64,000 bases of DNA from Chrysomallon squamiferum (taxonomy: Eukaryota; Animalia; Mollusca). The first letter of the stretch is position 1; every line of letters starts with the position of its first letter. This document shows, in pieces, positions 28,216 through 41,607 of this stretch. The stretch covers positions 1,984,001-2,048,000 of the forward strand of contig CM022669.1 of NCBI GenBank assembly GCA_012295275.1, written 5' to 3'. The notes below the pieces were generated by a model. It was not told the DNA's origin. It did no database searches and worked only from the letters and a program-made list of their open reading frames with translations. The position numbers were made by a program, and so were the translations under genes.

Positions 28216-29584
28216 GACTTTGAGAATTACAGAAACAGCCCACTAAATTTTCAGAAAACAGGCTAATATCGAAGATACTGAAAAGTTTTATTTGTAATGA
28301 TGTTGAAAGGAGGCGGCTTCCATCGTATACGATTTTATCCAGTGCCAATCAAAGAGACATTGACGGCAGCGGAAATTTGCCAATGCTACATTCACTTTGT
28401 AACTTCCACTGGCCAACCACATGATTTTTCATAACATTAAGATAGCGAGAGTCGCGGTCATTAACATTTAGACACATTGCATTTCATTATCGTGAATTAA
28501 CCATTACACCAAGATGGAAACAGGAGCACGAATGAGAATTTTATTTTCATTTTAATGACTGTCATAGCGAAAGAGTAGGAAAGACATAACAAAAACCTAA
28601 ACTGCTGAAAGAAACGCAGAAGCCATGCACAACATTCTACAGACGTTTTCGTTTTCTTTTGTTTAAGGTAAGATATTATTATTATTATTATTATTATATT
28701 TTTATTTATATTAGTTACGCGTACTAGTATACACCCATGTATAATAAAACAACAGAAGCAACAACAATAATAATAATAAATAGCAATAAATCAGTATATA
28801 TATATATATATATATATACAAAACCTACGCATCAGAGGAAACAACACATATATTAACATGAAAATTATAATTCAATATGTATTATAAATGTACGTAATAT
28901 TATTATCGTCATAAAAATTACTGTTAGGAAATTCTACACAATTCCATAACAATTTTAATTATCATGGAAAAGATAGCTTGTTCAGTTTTGCACATCCATT
29001 TTGTTGTCTAAATATTCAGAGATATTTCGATGTTTTAGACAAGTATCTATGCTGGCTTCTGTACATTTCGTGGCTTAAACTATAGAAAGAAAAACTATTT
29101 TGAATAGTTTAATTGTGTGTCAGTTATGAATATATGTACAAAATTGTCATAAATCATATAATACTTATGAATAATCACATTATAATATGTGTATACAAAC
29201 TATTTTTAGATACGACATATTTGTAGCGAAATTAAAGTTAATATAAAATACATAATAATACTAATACGGATAATATTGCCGCCAAAGAACGTGAGTATTT
29301 AGTGGCGACTAGCTATCAAACATACATTTATTATTTTTGTTAAACATTAATAATAACTGCAACAGCAGAAACAAAAATAGCAGCAGCAGCAGCAACAACA
29401 ACAATAACAATGACAATAACAATAAGAAATGGCAATAAATCAATATAAAACAAAAAAATAAAAAATAAAATAACAAGTACAAAAACTTATGCATGAAGAA
29501 AAACAACATATATATTAGCATGGAAATTATAATTCAAAATGTTGCAGACAGTAAAGGTTTTTAATATTACTTTATTAACACAAG

Positions 29585-29760
29585 AGCGGTGGGCTGAGGG
29601 ATCGATCTTGTTGGACGGACCCCCGGGTTATTTCTAATTTCAATAAGTGCTGTACACTGCTTTCTAAAGATCGTCAGTCCTTTCTCTGGGGTAATGAAAA
29701 AAAAAAAAATGTCCAGCTATTCTCGTTAGCAATAAGCCAGCGGGGATCCTTTCTAAAGTT
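29585..29760 (+). mobile_element. Degraded SINE copy
   Basis: GGGATCGATCTTGTTGGACGGACCCCCGGGTTATTTCT...AGTGCTG; same family as 17100-17270. Confidence 0.5.
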
Positions 29761-30102
29761 ATGAATTAACACTGTTAACTAAATGACATGAGCCCAGACG
29801 TTAAGTCAGTGAAATATAGACTGCCAGGCACGTGGGTCGCTTCCCAGACCTCTCAGTCACATAATTAAGTGGAAAAGAGTAAGTCCGCACACCTGCTCGT
29901 TTCACTAACATTGATATATTAATGTCACACACAGACCAGACTGCAGGTAATGAATGTAATCATTAGTGAATGGTTGACAGATTAGAGCATAACACTTTTT
30001 GAAATGTCTATGTATATTGTTTAGCTCTTCTATAAACTATTTAAAATATAATTTTAATTTAATTATATTCAGAGTAATCGAAATGGGACGATAATTATGT
30101 CT

Positions 30103-30132
30103 ATAATAATAATAATAATAATAATAATAATC

Positions 30133-30173
<41 letters not shown>

Positions 30174-30183
30174 CATAATAATC

Positions 30184-30225
<42 letters not shown>
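30103..30225. repeat. (AAT)n microsatellite with ATC interruptions
   Basis: Direct inspection. Confidence 0.95.
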
Positions 30226-30228
<3 letters not shown>

Positions 30229-31305
30229 TCTACAATTATCCACACCTGAATAAAACAGAAAAGAAAGAACAAAGAAGTGTCAGAGAATTTCCACACTTGA
30301 ATATTAATTAATGTTTATAAAATTTCAATCGATTAACTGACCTTTCTCTTATCAAATCATGTTTTCCTTTAACTCTTTTTATAACATTAAATGGATATTA
30401 GAACAAATTTTTAAAAAGTTTAGGAAAGCATAGAGATAAATGAATTGTTAATTTCGAACTCTCTCTCGTCATTTTGCTGTTATATTCGGTGTATATTTTT
30501 ACAAAAGGAAACCTTATCCCGCTTTTTCTTAGACTTTTTAAATGAAGTGTCAAAATGTCAAAATTTGATTGCAATATAAATCAACAACAACGACAGTAAT
30601 AACAAAACAAACAAATAAAAACACAGCACCCTGCCCAAAAACCAACCAACCAACAACAACAAAGTAAAAAGCAAAACAAAACAGTAACAATAGAAAAATT
30701 ATCCGATAATAGATGTAGCTATATAACAAGTATTTATATCAGTATTTCAGCGTGTATCTTTTTCTTTTGTATTCAGTAAATACGTAGTAATACACACTCA
30801 TACATGCATATATTTGTAATATTACGTGTACATTAACAAAATACTGTTTGAAAATGGTTTATTCTCTGCTCGGACTGTATGTAAGGGATTTCACAATTAA
30901 CACAAAAACAAAGAAAACATTTTCAAAATATTTCCGGTTGATAGATTTCTGTTATTAAAATGAAATGTTTATACAACTGTTTTACTGTAATGGTTTACTT
31001 TAAACATCGGTTTTCAAAATTTTATTGCTGAAAAATCTTTTGGATGTAAGTTTTACATGTTATATTAGTCTGATCACACGAGTTATGGCAGTAGTATTTG
31101 TAGTAGAGAGATATCAGATATAGGAGGAAACATACTATGTTTCTTTATTAAGGAAAGCTGAAAAATAAAAGAAAGTTTACATGAAAGTTTATATATCAGA
31201 AATATATAGTTTATTGGAAGAATCTTTTTCACGATGTAGTGTTTTTGTATTTTATCAAAGTTAAATGAATTAAACTAACATTTTCTCTCGTTCACAGACT
31301 GAATC

Positions 31306-31833
31306 ATGAGCTCTACGACTAATCCCACTTCAACTGACGGCGTCAGCAATCAGCTGTATCATCATTCCTCCATTATGTCGTCCATACTGTATAGTACGGC
31401 AAGCGTCCTCAACTCCACGACAACGCCAGATGATAATTCTCTAAACATGAGCACGACTAAGTTTGAGGATACAGTGCACGACATAAAATACAACTTCGTC
31501 ATCAGAAGAGTGGTTTTGTTTGTCCAGATAATACTGGGTATTGTCGGCGCGGTGCTTGTTTTTATATGGGTGGTCTACAACCGACATTTGAGATCACGAG
31601 TAAATGCCCTCATCTTGAATCTGTGCATTGCCGATCTTTTTGTCATCCTACTGGCCATCCTGCCCCAGCTCATCTGGGAATATGCCGAGAGGGAATGGCT
31701 AGCCGGTGACGTTATGTGCAGGGTAATCAAGTTTCTGCAAGGTTTCTCACTGGTGTCGTCAGGAAACATGTTGGTGGTGATTGCTCTGGATCGACATCAA
31801 GCAATTCGAGCACCTCTCAGAGAACCTGTAGCG
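31306..31833 (+). CDS. GPCR coding exon 1 (N-terminus, TM1-3)
   Basis: ORF 31306.. ends at donor GTAAGA; acceptor TTCACAG at 31298 implies an upstream UTR exon. Confidence 0.93.
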
Positions 31834-34326
31834 GTAAGACACAGAGTTCAGTAGTAGTGCACAGCTAGGTGAACAAGTCCTGCGGTAGAACGGACTAATT
31901 ATCAAGAGATATAACAGACCACATTAATTATCAAAGTCAGTGGTACAGTCTCCCATTTCTGCATGGTGATAAATATAATCGAAAACGACTAAATCTTAAC
32001 AGTCCGGAGCTTTTTCAATAAATATATGATTAATATCCCAACGAATAACGTTACCTAACAGAATATTGATCAATAAAAATATTTCATTACAGAATGAAGA
32101 TAATCCAGCATTTTAAATAAACATTATTAATTATTTGTGTTAATCACATTTTAATTTCAGTGATTATTAGATATATATAAAAAGATTTATTTACCGTTAT
32201 GTAAGGGCCTCGCTTGTTAATAAGCCGTAATAATATTTTGAAAAAGAATTATGAAAAAAATATTCTCTAAGTCCAGTGATCTCAACCTGGTTGGTAAATA
32301 CTATCTATATTCATAACGTATAAATGCTTACAAAATCAATAAATAATTCATTATAGTTCGTTGACCAGTATAAATGTGACACAAGGGGCTGCCAATCTTC
32401 AACGTTATTTTAAAAAGATTTTCAGCAACTACTGACAGACAAAAGAAAGAAGAAAAAAAAGAAGAAAAAAGAAAGAAACTAGAAAGAAACAAGCTGGTCT
32501 TTCATAAATAAGATGTGGTGATCTATGTATTATTCAGTTGTATCCATCATGTATATGGAAGATAAATAATGTTTACTGTTTGATTTGCTTGAAAACATAG
32601 TAAGAGGTTATAGATTAATTTTTTTCTTTTCATCGGCTACAAGGCGTCAGATATTGGACTTTCTGACACACAGAAAACTTAATACACTTTTCCATTAAGA
32701 GCAAGTGGTGTTTTTTAAAGACTGACATTCTCTGAGAACAAACATAACTTTTGGTAACTGTTGAAACAAACAGGAGAGAACGTGAAACAGTTGAAAGGGC
32801 ACTCCGAGGAATTTTCATACTACGACCCCTCACGTTTCAGACTTGATCTTTAACAAATGAGATAGAACCAACTCATGTAAAAGTAATAGCAACTGAAAAA
32901 CCGAAGTTAAATAATTTCATAAAGACTTAGTATAGATCGTTTTAAAATAACACTTTAAACAAATAATATTTTGCCAATAAATATGCACATATCTGATGAA
33001 GAATCGTCATTTAGACAGACATTTTGTTGACATATTTGGATTATGGATTATCATTATGCTTTCTTTTTACACTGTAATCTGTTACTTTTCACAGATGAAT
33101 TATACAGCTTTTTAGCTGTGAGCATTGCATTAAGACGTCTGGCTCTATAGCTTAACCTTGGCTAAAATTCTGGAATAAATGCTAAAACGAAATGCATATT
33201 GATAAGGATAAATAGTTCCAGTATTTAATAAATAGGGTACTGAATAAAAAGTAACAAGTTCTTATGTCACAGATAAATGACTATTCATGAACATTTTTAA
33301 CATGTTTGCTATATTAAGGAATAGTTAATGAATTCAAACATAATTTTAATGTGTGTATGTGTGAAAGACTTTATAAACTAACGTTACAAATAAACATGAC
33401 AGTTAGAATTCCGTATCTCTCCTTAATAAACATCATTCATTTGGCTATATGTCTCTATCAGGCAATTTGTACTCCTGACTGTCTTTCTGTTAGTATATCA
33501 TGGAATATCACAAATTAATCAAACTTAGTTATCTTTATTTATAAATTAATCATATAAACTTGTCTCATTTATATATTTATTTACTTATTTATTTTTGTCT
33601 CTGCAGGTTTGGATCATGACGGGGATTGGTTGGGGTGTGTCTGTGCTCACGGCTTTACCCATGTTTTTCGTGTTCCACACACGATACGACCCGAACGCCA
33701 AGTTTGTCAAGTGTGAGAACACGTTCCGTGACAAACCGTACTCACATCGCCAGGCCTTTCTCACGTACGCCGGAATCATAAACTTTCTAATACCACTCAT
33801 CATTCTCGTCGTCTGCTACATTCGAATATTTATGAAGATTGCTCAAAAGGCTTCCGAGAACCGTCTGTCGAAACGTCAGAATTTCAAACCTGGTAAAATC
33901 CATCTCACTAGCACTGGCAACTCTTCACTTCAGAAAGCGAAGATAAAAACTCTCAAGATGACGGTAATCATTGTGGCAGCGTTTATTCTCTGTGGTCTAC
34001 CCTATTTCGTGGCGGAAATGATCTTGTCATACGGGGACTACAAAACTCTGTCTTCCGATGTCTACGGAATTCTGGGAGGGATTGCTGTGGCAAACTCCGC
34101 TGTCAATCCTTTCGTATTTCTTCTTTTTAACACGAACTGGCCGTGTCTCCGCGGTCTGTCCATTTGTTCCACTCATACGGATTCATCTAAACGATCTTTC
34201 ATGTATTCGACGGCCAGCACGCGGTCAGAGTTCTCGGTGGGTTATTCGAGGGCTCATCCCGTAGTTGCTACAGTAACGTACGAAATGTCGAATGTTCGGC
34301 CAAACTCTATTGTGAAAATGCAATAG
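31306..34326 (+). CDS. Rhodopsin-class neuropeptide GPCR, vasopressin/oxytocin-GnRH-CCAP receptor superfamily; join(31306..31833,33607..34326), 415 aa
   Basis: Seven hydrophobic helices; ILNLCIADL (TM2), WLAGDVMCR (ECL1/TM3), ALDRH, AKIKTLKMT (ICL3/TM6), NSAVNPF (TM7); phase-0 intron GCG|GTAAGA...CTGCAG|GTT; S/T-rich N-terminus with NST and NMS sequons. Confidence 0.93.
32631..32870 (-). mobile_element. Near full-length degraded SINE in the GPCR intron
   Basis: CATCGGCTAC...TTTTCCATTAAGAGCAAGTGG...GAACGTGAAACAG...; colinear with 28050-28215. Confidence 0.55.
33607..34326 (+). CDS. GPCR coding exon 2 (TM4-7, C-tail)
   Basis: Acceptor TTTTTGTCTCTGCAG, open to TAG at 34324-34326. Confidence 0.93.
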   Translation, partial: VWIMTGIGWGVSVLTALPMFFVFHTRYDPNAKFVKCENTFRDKPYSHRQAFLTYAGIINFLIPLIILVVCYIRIFMKIAQKASENRLSKRQNFKPGKIHLTSTGNSSLQKAKIKTLKMTVIIVAAFILCGLPYFVAEMILSYGDYKTLSSDVYGILGGIAVANSAVNPFVFLLFNTNWPCLRGLSICSTHTDSSKRSFMYSTASTRSEFSVGYSRAHPVVATVTYEMSNVRPNSIVKMQ

Positions 34327-35496
34327 TGTGAACAAGAAACACTGACAGTAGCAGATGAGTCACCTTGCAGACTTGAATGGAATCAGCAAGGACAGATAAT
34401 GATGTTTACATTTTTTTTTCTATATCCAGTCAAAGTTTGTTATTGTTTACAAGGGCGCAGGTAGAATTGCAAAAATAAATAAATAAATAAATAAATAAAT
34501 ACTGAGAAAGGAAGGAGAGGATTCCTTTTTAATAATTATTTCAAAATGGTCATGTCAACTGAAAATTTGTTTTAGGTCATTTTAGACCTCCCTTTTTGTT
34601 TATTTAATTCTCTTGAAATATATCTCTACAAACTAGAATTCATCTTTTATTTTGTTTCTTGGAATATTTAAACAAACAAAGAATGTATTTAGTATTAGTG
34701 ATAAACACTTTGTATCAGGTTTTACAGTGACTCGCGCGATCTATGATGAAAACATATTATCATATGCAAAAAACTAAAAAAAAAACCCAAAACAAAAACA
34801 ACAACATCTGGACGAAAACTTCAGACCGTGCTTTTTTGTTTGTTTACAAGCTTTAGTTTCCTTTTTTCCCCCTTTTTTTTTTTTTTAAATATTTGTACAT
34901 TTGAATGAATTTTGAACCACCCAATGTTAACCATTCTATTTTTAGACCTTCCCTTTAACGACGAATTTATCACAATTATAAGTATGTTAGGCACTGAAAG
35001 TATAGATTATCACGAAAATAGGTCTTAGAGGTGAATAGGAATTTGTTTATTTCAAATGTGTATACAAAGAAATATTATCTTTGTAGTCACCAATACTACT
35101 ACTAATAATATCAATACATTACACTAAACCTAGAAGTATCACGGTAATGATAGCATTTCTGGCGGACTTTCAGTAAATAACTAAACAAATATATCTGATA
35201 AATTACGAAAAAACTTCGGCATGCCATATACAAGTGCAGAATATGATACAGCAGAATGAATAAGAACAAAAGAAAGACTGAATAAAATTTTAAGTAAAAT
35301 ATTGTTTTCAAAAAATTATTTCCAATACTAAAAACAGTATTACTATTTCAGTTAAAGATAGTGTTGTTATGTTTTCCTAATGTATACAAATGTAAAGTAT
35401 TAGGCAGAACTTCGATATAGAACTGTTCATGTTTTAAATGACAAATACTAGGCTGTTATAGAAATAGGACATTGGCCTATGTTTTATATCTGTGTG

Positions 35497-35626
<130 letters not shown>

Positions 35627-36140
35627 TAATTTTTGTTTCACTTATTGTTTGTTAAAAATAAATTTAATGATAAAATCGAGACACAGTGATACTCTTTAAT
35701 TGCATTATTTGACATTATTATGGCTTGTTAGAATAGCATGTTTCCTGTTGTTAGGTTGTGATAGTGATGTTATTTACAGTTGTAGAAAATAAAATACTTT
35801 TTGCCGTTGAATAATCATTATTCTTTTTATATTAAATTAAAACATACAAAGAAATATTAATGAAAAAACGTAAAAAGATATTCATAAAGTGCTGAGATAA
35901 AACGAAAAGAAAAAGTAAACGTTACAGCTCGAAAATCACACGTTATTTTGGATCTGTAGACAGATCCTTACTAAATATTAAGATTATCATAAAGAAATAA
36001 CAATATATAATCTCTAAAATATTAACAACTAGGTTCAAAATCCTAGTTGAATGTTAAACCAAATGATGTATCATTATGTATGATTGCAAAAAAATGAAAG
36101 ATAAAAAATAAATAAATAAAAAACAAATGAAAAACAACGA

Positions 36141-36171
<31 letters not shown>

Positions 36172-36232
36172 TAATTGTTTATTACATGTAGTGTTTACAA
36201 GAAATATCTATAAATCAACACAAGCAAGTTGA

Positions 36233-37297
<1,065 letters not shown>

Positions 37298-37612
37298 TAA
37301 TAGTAAAATAGAGTGCATTTGCAAGTGTGAATCACTTCTAGGATAACATCACAAACAAAACTAAAAATCTCAATACTCCATTGTTATTGTTACAGTTGTA
37401 GTCTCAAATTCCAAAATTTACCAGTCGAATGATCCGATTATAACATAAACTGCCAAGTTTTACTAAACATTAAATTAAAGAACTAAATAAAACCGGAGTG
37501 AATTTAAAATAATGAGCAGACACTTTAATTACTTGTCTAGTATTTTTTTTATATATTTTTTTATTTTTTTTATTTATTATTTTAACTAAGTGGATGTCAA
37601 CTACTAAACAAA

Positions 37613-37625
37613 TGACCTTTGACAC
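37613..37625. promoter_or_regulatory. DR1-like nuclear receptor element upstream of VWA gene A
   Basis: TGACCT-T-TGACAC about 120 bp before the ATG; matched by a DR1 upstream of gene B. Confidence 0.4.
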
Positions 37626-37740
37626 ATATGCGGAAATTACAGTTATGTTAATTTGAAATGCGCCCAGCAAACGACAGTAATCTAGTTTCAAGATACAGCA
37701 TTTGACCTTCTACAAATTACACATTAAAACTGTTACAGCC

Positions 37741-37976
37741 ATGGAAAGAATATGGCTTCTCATTGTCTTGGTAAGAAATATATATTCGTTTGATATATTA
37801 CTTATTTATTTATTGTGTTTTCCAATTCGATTGTTGTTGTTGATGATATTATTATTTTTTCAGTTTTATAATTTCAGGCTGACGCAATATATGTTAAACT
37901 GATACAGATTTATAATTTCAGTATTAAATAAAATTTAAAGCGGAAAATAAATAAATAAATAAATAAATAAACAAAC

Positions 37977-38033
<57 letters not shown>

Positions 38034-40959
38034 CGTTAAAAGACAGATTTAAGAAATCCTGTGCACAGAGACAAAACAATTAGCTTACTTTAGCTGCGTC
38101 TTTACAGAAGAAAACCTTGTAAGTTTCTTAAATGACATTTAACCATGTTCAAAACTGGTCATTTTTTAATATGTTTATTTCAGGGTATTGTTCTATTTGG
38201 GCAGACCAATTCACGTGAGTATCGTTACTTTGTTTTCAAATAATTCTTTAAATGGCTTCATTATATCATTTTTTTTCTGCGTTAATAACGAACAGTATTC
38301 TGTTAATACAGTTCCGTGTGCTTGTGCATATGTATATGTATGTCTGTATTTATGTGTGTGTGACTATGTATATTTATTTATTATGCATATACACTGAATA
38401 TATACGTGTGTACGCATTTATGTATATGTGTTTGTTTATATAATTATAGAGGCGGAACATTTTTAATCAATGTATTTGAATAAGACAAAAGAAAGTTGCT
38501 TTGATATTCACATACATATTCAAAAACGTTTATAATTCTGCCCCATTTTTTTTTTTTTCGCCACGGTAAGTCAGGTTCTTTGCTACAAAACAAGGCGGTT
38601 CTGTAATAATTAAATTTTTCGTGATTATGAGTGTGTGTGTATATGTATATATAATCCTGTGTTTGCATGAAAACATGAACCACTAAAAAGATTTAGATAT
38701 TATGTAAACAAAATTGTTTAGTAACAATTGTGTAATCATAATAATAAGCACAACAACAGCAACAACAACAACAATAACAACAACAATGATAATAATAATA
38801 AATAAATAAATAAAAACAGTTAGTAAATAGGAAATATATGTATCAATAATTTGTTTTTGTATCTTATCTTTTCAGAGATAGCGAGATCTCAAGTGCAAAG
38901 GGAAAGTAAGTATTGTGTGTTGGGAATTTGATACTTAAAATAGAACCTAGTTTCAAATGTAATTTCAGTGTTTTACTTACTTTATAAACAGTTAATAATT
39001 AGTATTTTATTTTATACATTTTGAAACTTTTAATACATTTTTTTTTTTCAGCGATAATGAGAGAGTGTAACGGTAAAGCTGCTGATGTATACTTTGTTAT
39101 CGACGCTTCGACAAGCATCTTTATAGAAGACTTTGAACGTCTTCGGCAGCTCGTTAGAGAGATTGTTAAGCAGTTCCATATAGGAACAAACGAAATGCGA
39201 GTAGGAGCGTTGGTCTATAGTCGCAGTTATCAGGTAGCATTCGATCTTGACCGATTTCACATAAAAGCAGATATTTTGGAAGCTATAACCGAAAGTAATA
39301 TTCCGTATTTGACTGGTATCACTAATACGCATGACGCTCTTCGTTACGCCAGAACTAACGGAAAGTTCCGAAGTAATGTTACCAAGGTAATTGTCGTCAT
39401 AACTGACGGATATTCCCGTGAACCGACGTCAACTGCAGCCGAAGCGCGAAAAGCTCGCCAAGATGGTTTCTACTTGTTTGTGATCGGTACTGGGGATTAC
39501 ACCGATGAAAGAGAATGGCGGGCTATTGCTAGCGACCCAGATGACAGATTCATGTACAACGTAACAGACTACCGGAATTTGAACCGCCTGTACCAAACCA
39601 TACCTTTCAGAATCTGTCAACTTCGACCTATCATCAAGAGACCAGACAGTAATTGGTTTATTTTCTTCTAATTCTCCGAGTGAATAAAACAGTTAAATTA
39701 ATAATGTAATGAAATAAAACAGGGAGAAGATTTTAAATATTCACGAAAAATAATTGCATACATTTATATGATTTTTTTGTTTTATTTTGTCTTTAACACG
39801 AACCTTTGCTAATTACTAAGAAAGACAGTAAATGTGACAGGTTTATAGAAATATATATCTATGACATGCTGAGCTGTACCTAGTTAACTAAAGTTTCTCG
39901 TATTTGTGAGCCTAAATAAATAAATAAATATGAGTATGAAATGACGTCACATAATAGCAATATATATCATAAAGTTTAATATCAGACATTACTATAAAAG
40001 TTGGTATCCAAATATTAATAAAATAATAAATTAATAAATATATAAAATTTACTTAGGTTATTTTTCGTGCTATTACAGTTTAAAGTGAAATCGCTAAATG
40101 TAAGCAATCATCCTGAACATTTCATTTTAACTTTTGCATTTATCCTTGATTTTCGAACTATCTTAGTAAAACTGGTTTTTAATTTTCATTGCAGCTTGCA
40201 CGATCCAACAGGACGCTGATTTGATATTTGTGGCAGGACCAAGAGGTGTTGACGCTGCTGTTCCTATCATACAGGAATTAGTAAACAAAATGGACGCTGG
40301 TCCTGCGCGACTGACACTGACGATGTTGCTGGGAGCCTGTTCAGCTGAGAGTCGCGCACTACAAGATCCTCGTCTCCTCTGCACGGATTTCGGAGAAACT
40401 AGCGTCGTTCGCCAAGACACGTACGTAAATCTCCTGGAGGATCTGCGCGTGAAAGCACGTGACGCTAGAAGCAGAAGATCCAGAGTGAACCAGGTGGCGA
40501 TTTTATTTATCGACGACGTTTCAATGAGAGATAACCCTTTAGGGATTTTGCGTAAAGTCCAACAAGTCAGATATGGTGGGATAGAAATTTACGTTGTCGA
40601 TCTTGGAGTTATTCACAATACAAGATTTCTACAAAGTATCGCGTCGTCTCCAGAGAAGGTTTTCAATACATCACATCCTCAAGGAATCAACTATGTGACG
40701 TCGAAGATTTTACAAGCTGCTTGTTCAGGTAAATACCTTGACAGTTTAATCTTGACACAGTTGTGAGATAATTTAACAATAATAGCATAAAATATCTCTT
40801 TAATAAATAAATAAATTTTATTCGTAAAGATTACAGTCATTTATGTATTTATGTATGTATGTATATGTGTATGTATGTATGTATGAGAATGTGTATGTAT
40901 GTATGTATGTATGTATGTATGTATGTATGTGTGGGTATGTATATAAGTGTGTATGTATG

Positions 40960-40990
<31 letters not shown>

Positions 40991-41296
40991 TTATGTATGA
41001 ATGTATGTATGTAAGTATCTGTTGTGTTTTAGTGAATTTATCTTATTTGCCAATCTTACCATGTAAGCAGCATTCAAGTTAGACTGGGCGACTAATAATT
41101 TAGTCACAATTCTAGAATCAATTTTGAAATTTACCAATTGACATCTTCTGTTATTAACTGGTAACTGTTAATTACTTTAAAACACTTTTTAACAAATTTA
41201 TTAAAACTGAATTTTTTTTAATATATATATATATATATATTTTTAATTTTAGATCTCAACGGGTCAGATCTACATCTATTAGGAATCGTTAACTGA
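37741..41296 (+). CDS. Secreted two-VWA-domain protein A (matrilin/collagen VI/PTMP1-like); join(37741..37770,38184..38214,38876..38905,39052..39648,40195..40728,41253..41296), 421 aa
   Basis: Signal peptide MERIWLLIVL|GIVLFGQTNS; VWA1 with MIDAS DASTS, TNT, ITDG; degenerate VWA2; 1266 nt in frame, all introns GT-AG. Confidence 0.88.
39052..39648 (+). CDS. VWA gene A exon 4: canonical VWA domain
   Basis: ADVYFVIDASTSI...RVGALVYS...TNTHDAL...VIVVITDG...IASDP. Confidence 0.93.
40195..40728 (+). CDS. VWA gene A exon 5: degenerate VWA domain
   Basis: ADLIFVAGP...QVAILFIDD...IEIYVVDLG...SIASSP; phase 1-1. Confidence 0.9.
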
Positions 41297-41503
41297 TGTG
41301 TCGAAATGTGCTTGAATCAGGCATATTAAACAAAGTTTCTGTAAATACGGAACAAAATAGTTAGGGAAACCTAAAGGCGAAGCCAGAAAACCACGAGTAA
41401 TTGTAACCTTTTCACGTAATAAAATGATTTTCTCTAAAATGAAAATAAATGTGTTTGTTTCTATTATTTTTTTCAAGTGTTTTTTGTAATAGTGTATGAT
41501 TTA

Positions 41504-41607
<104 letters not shown>

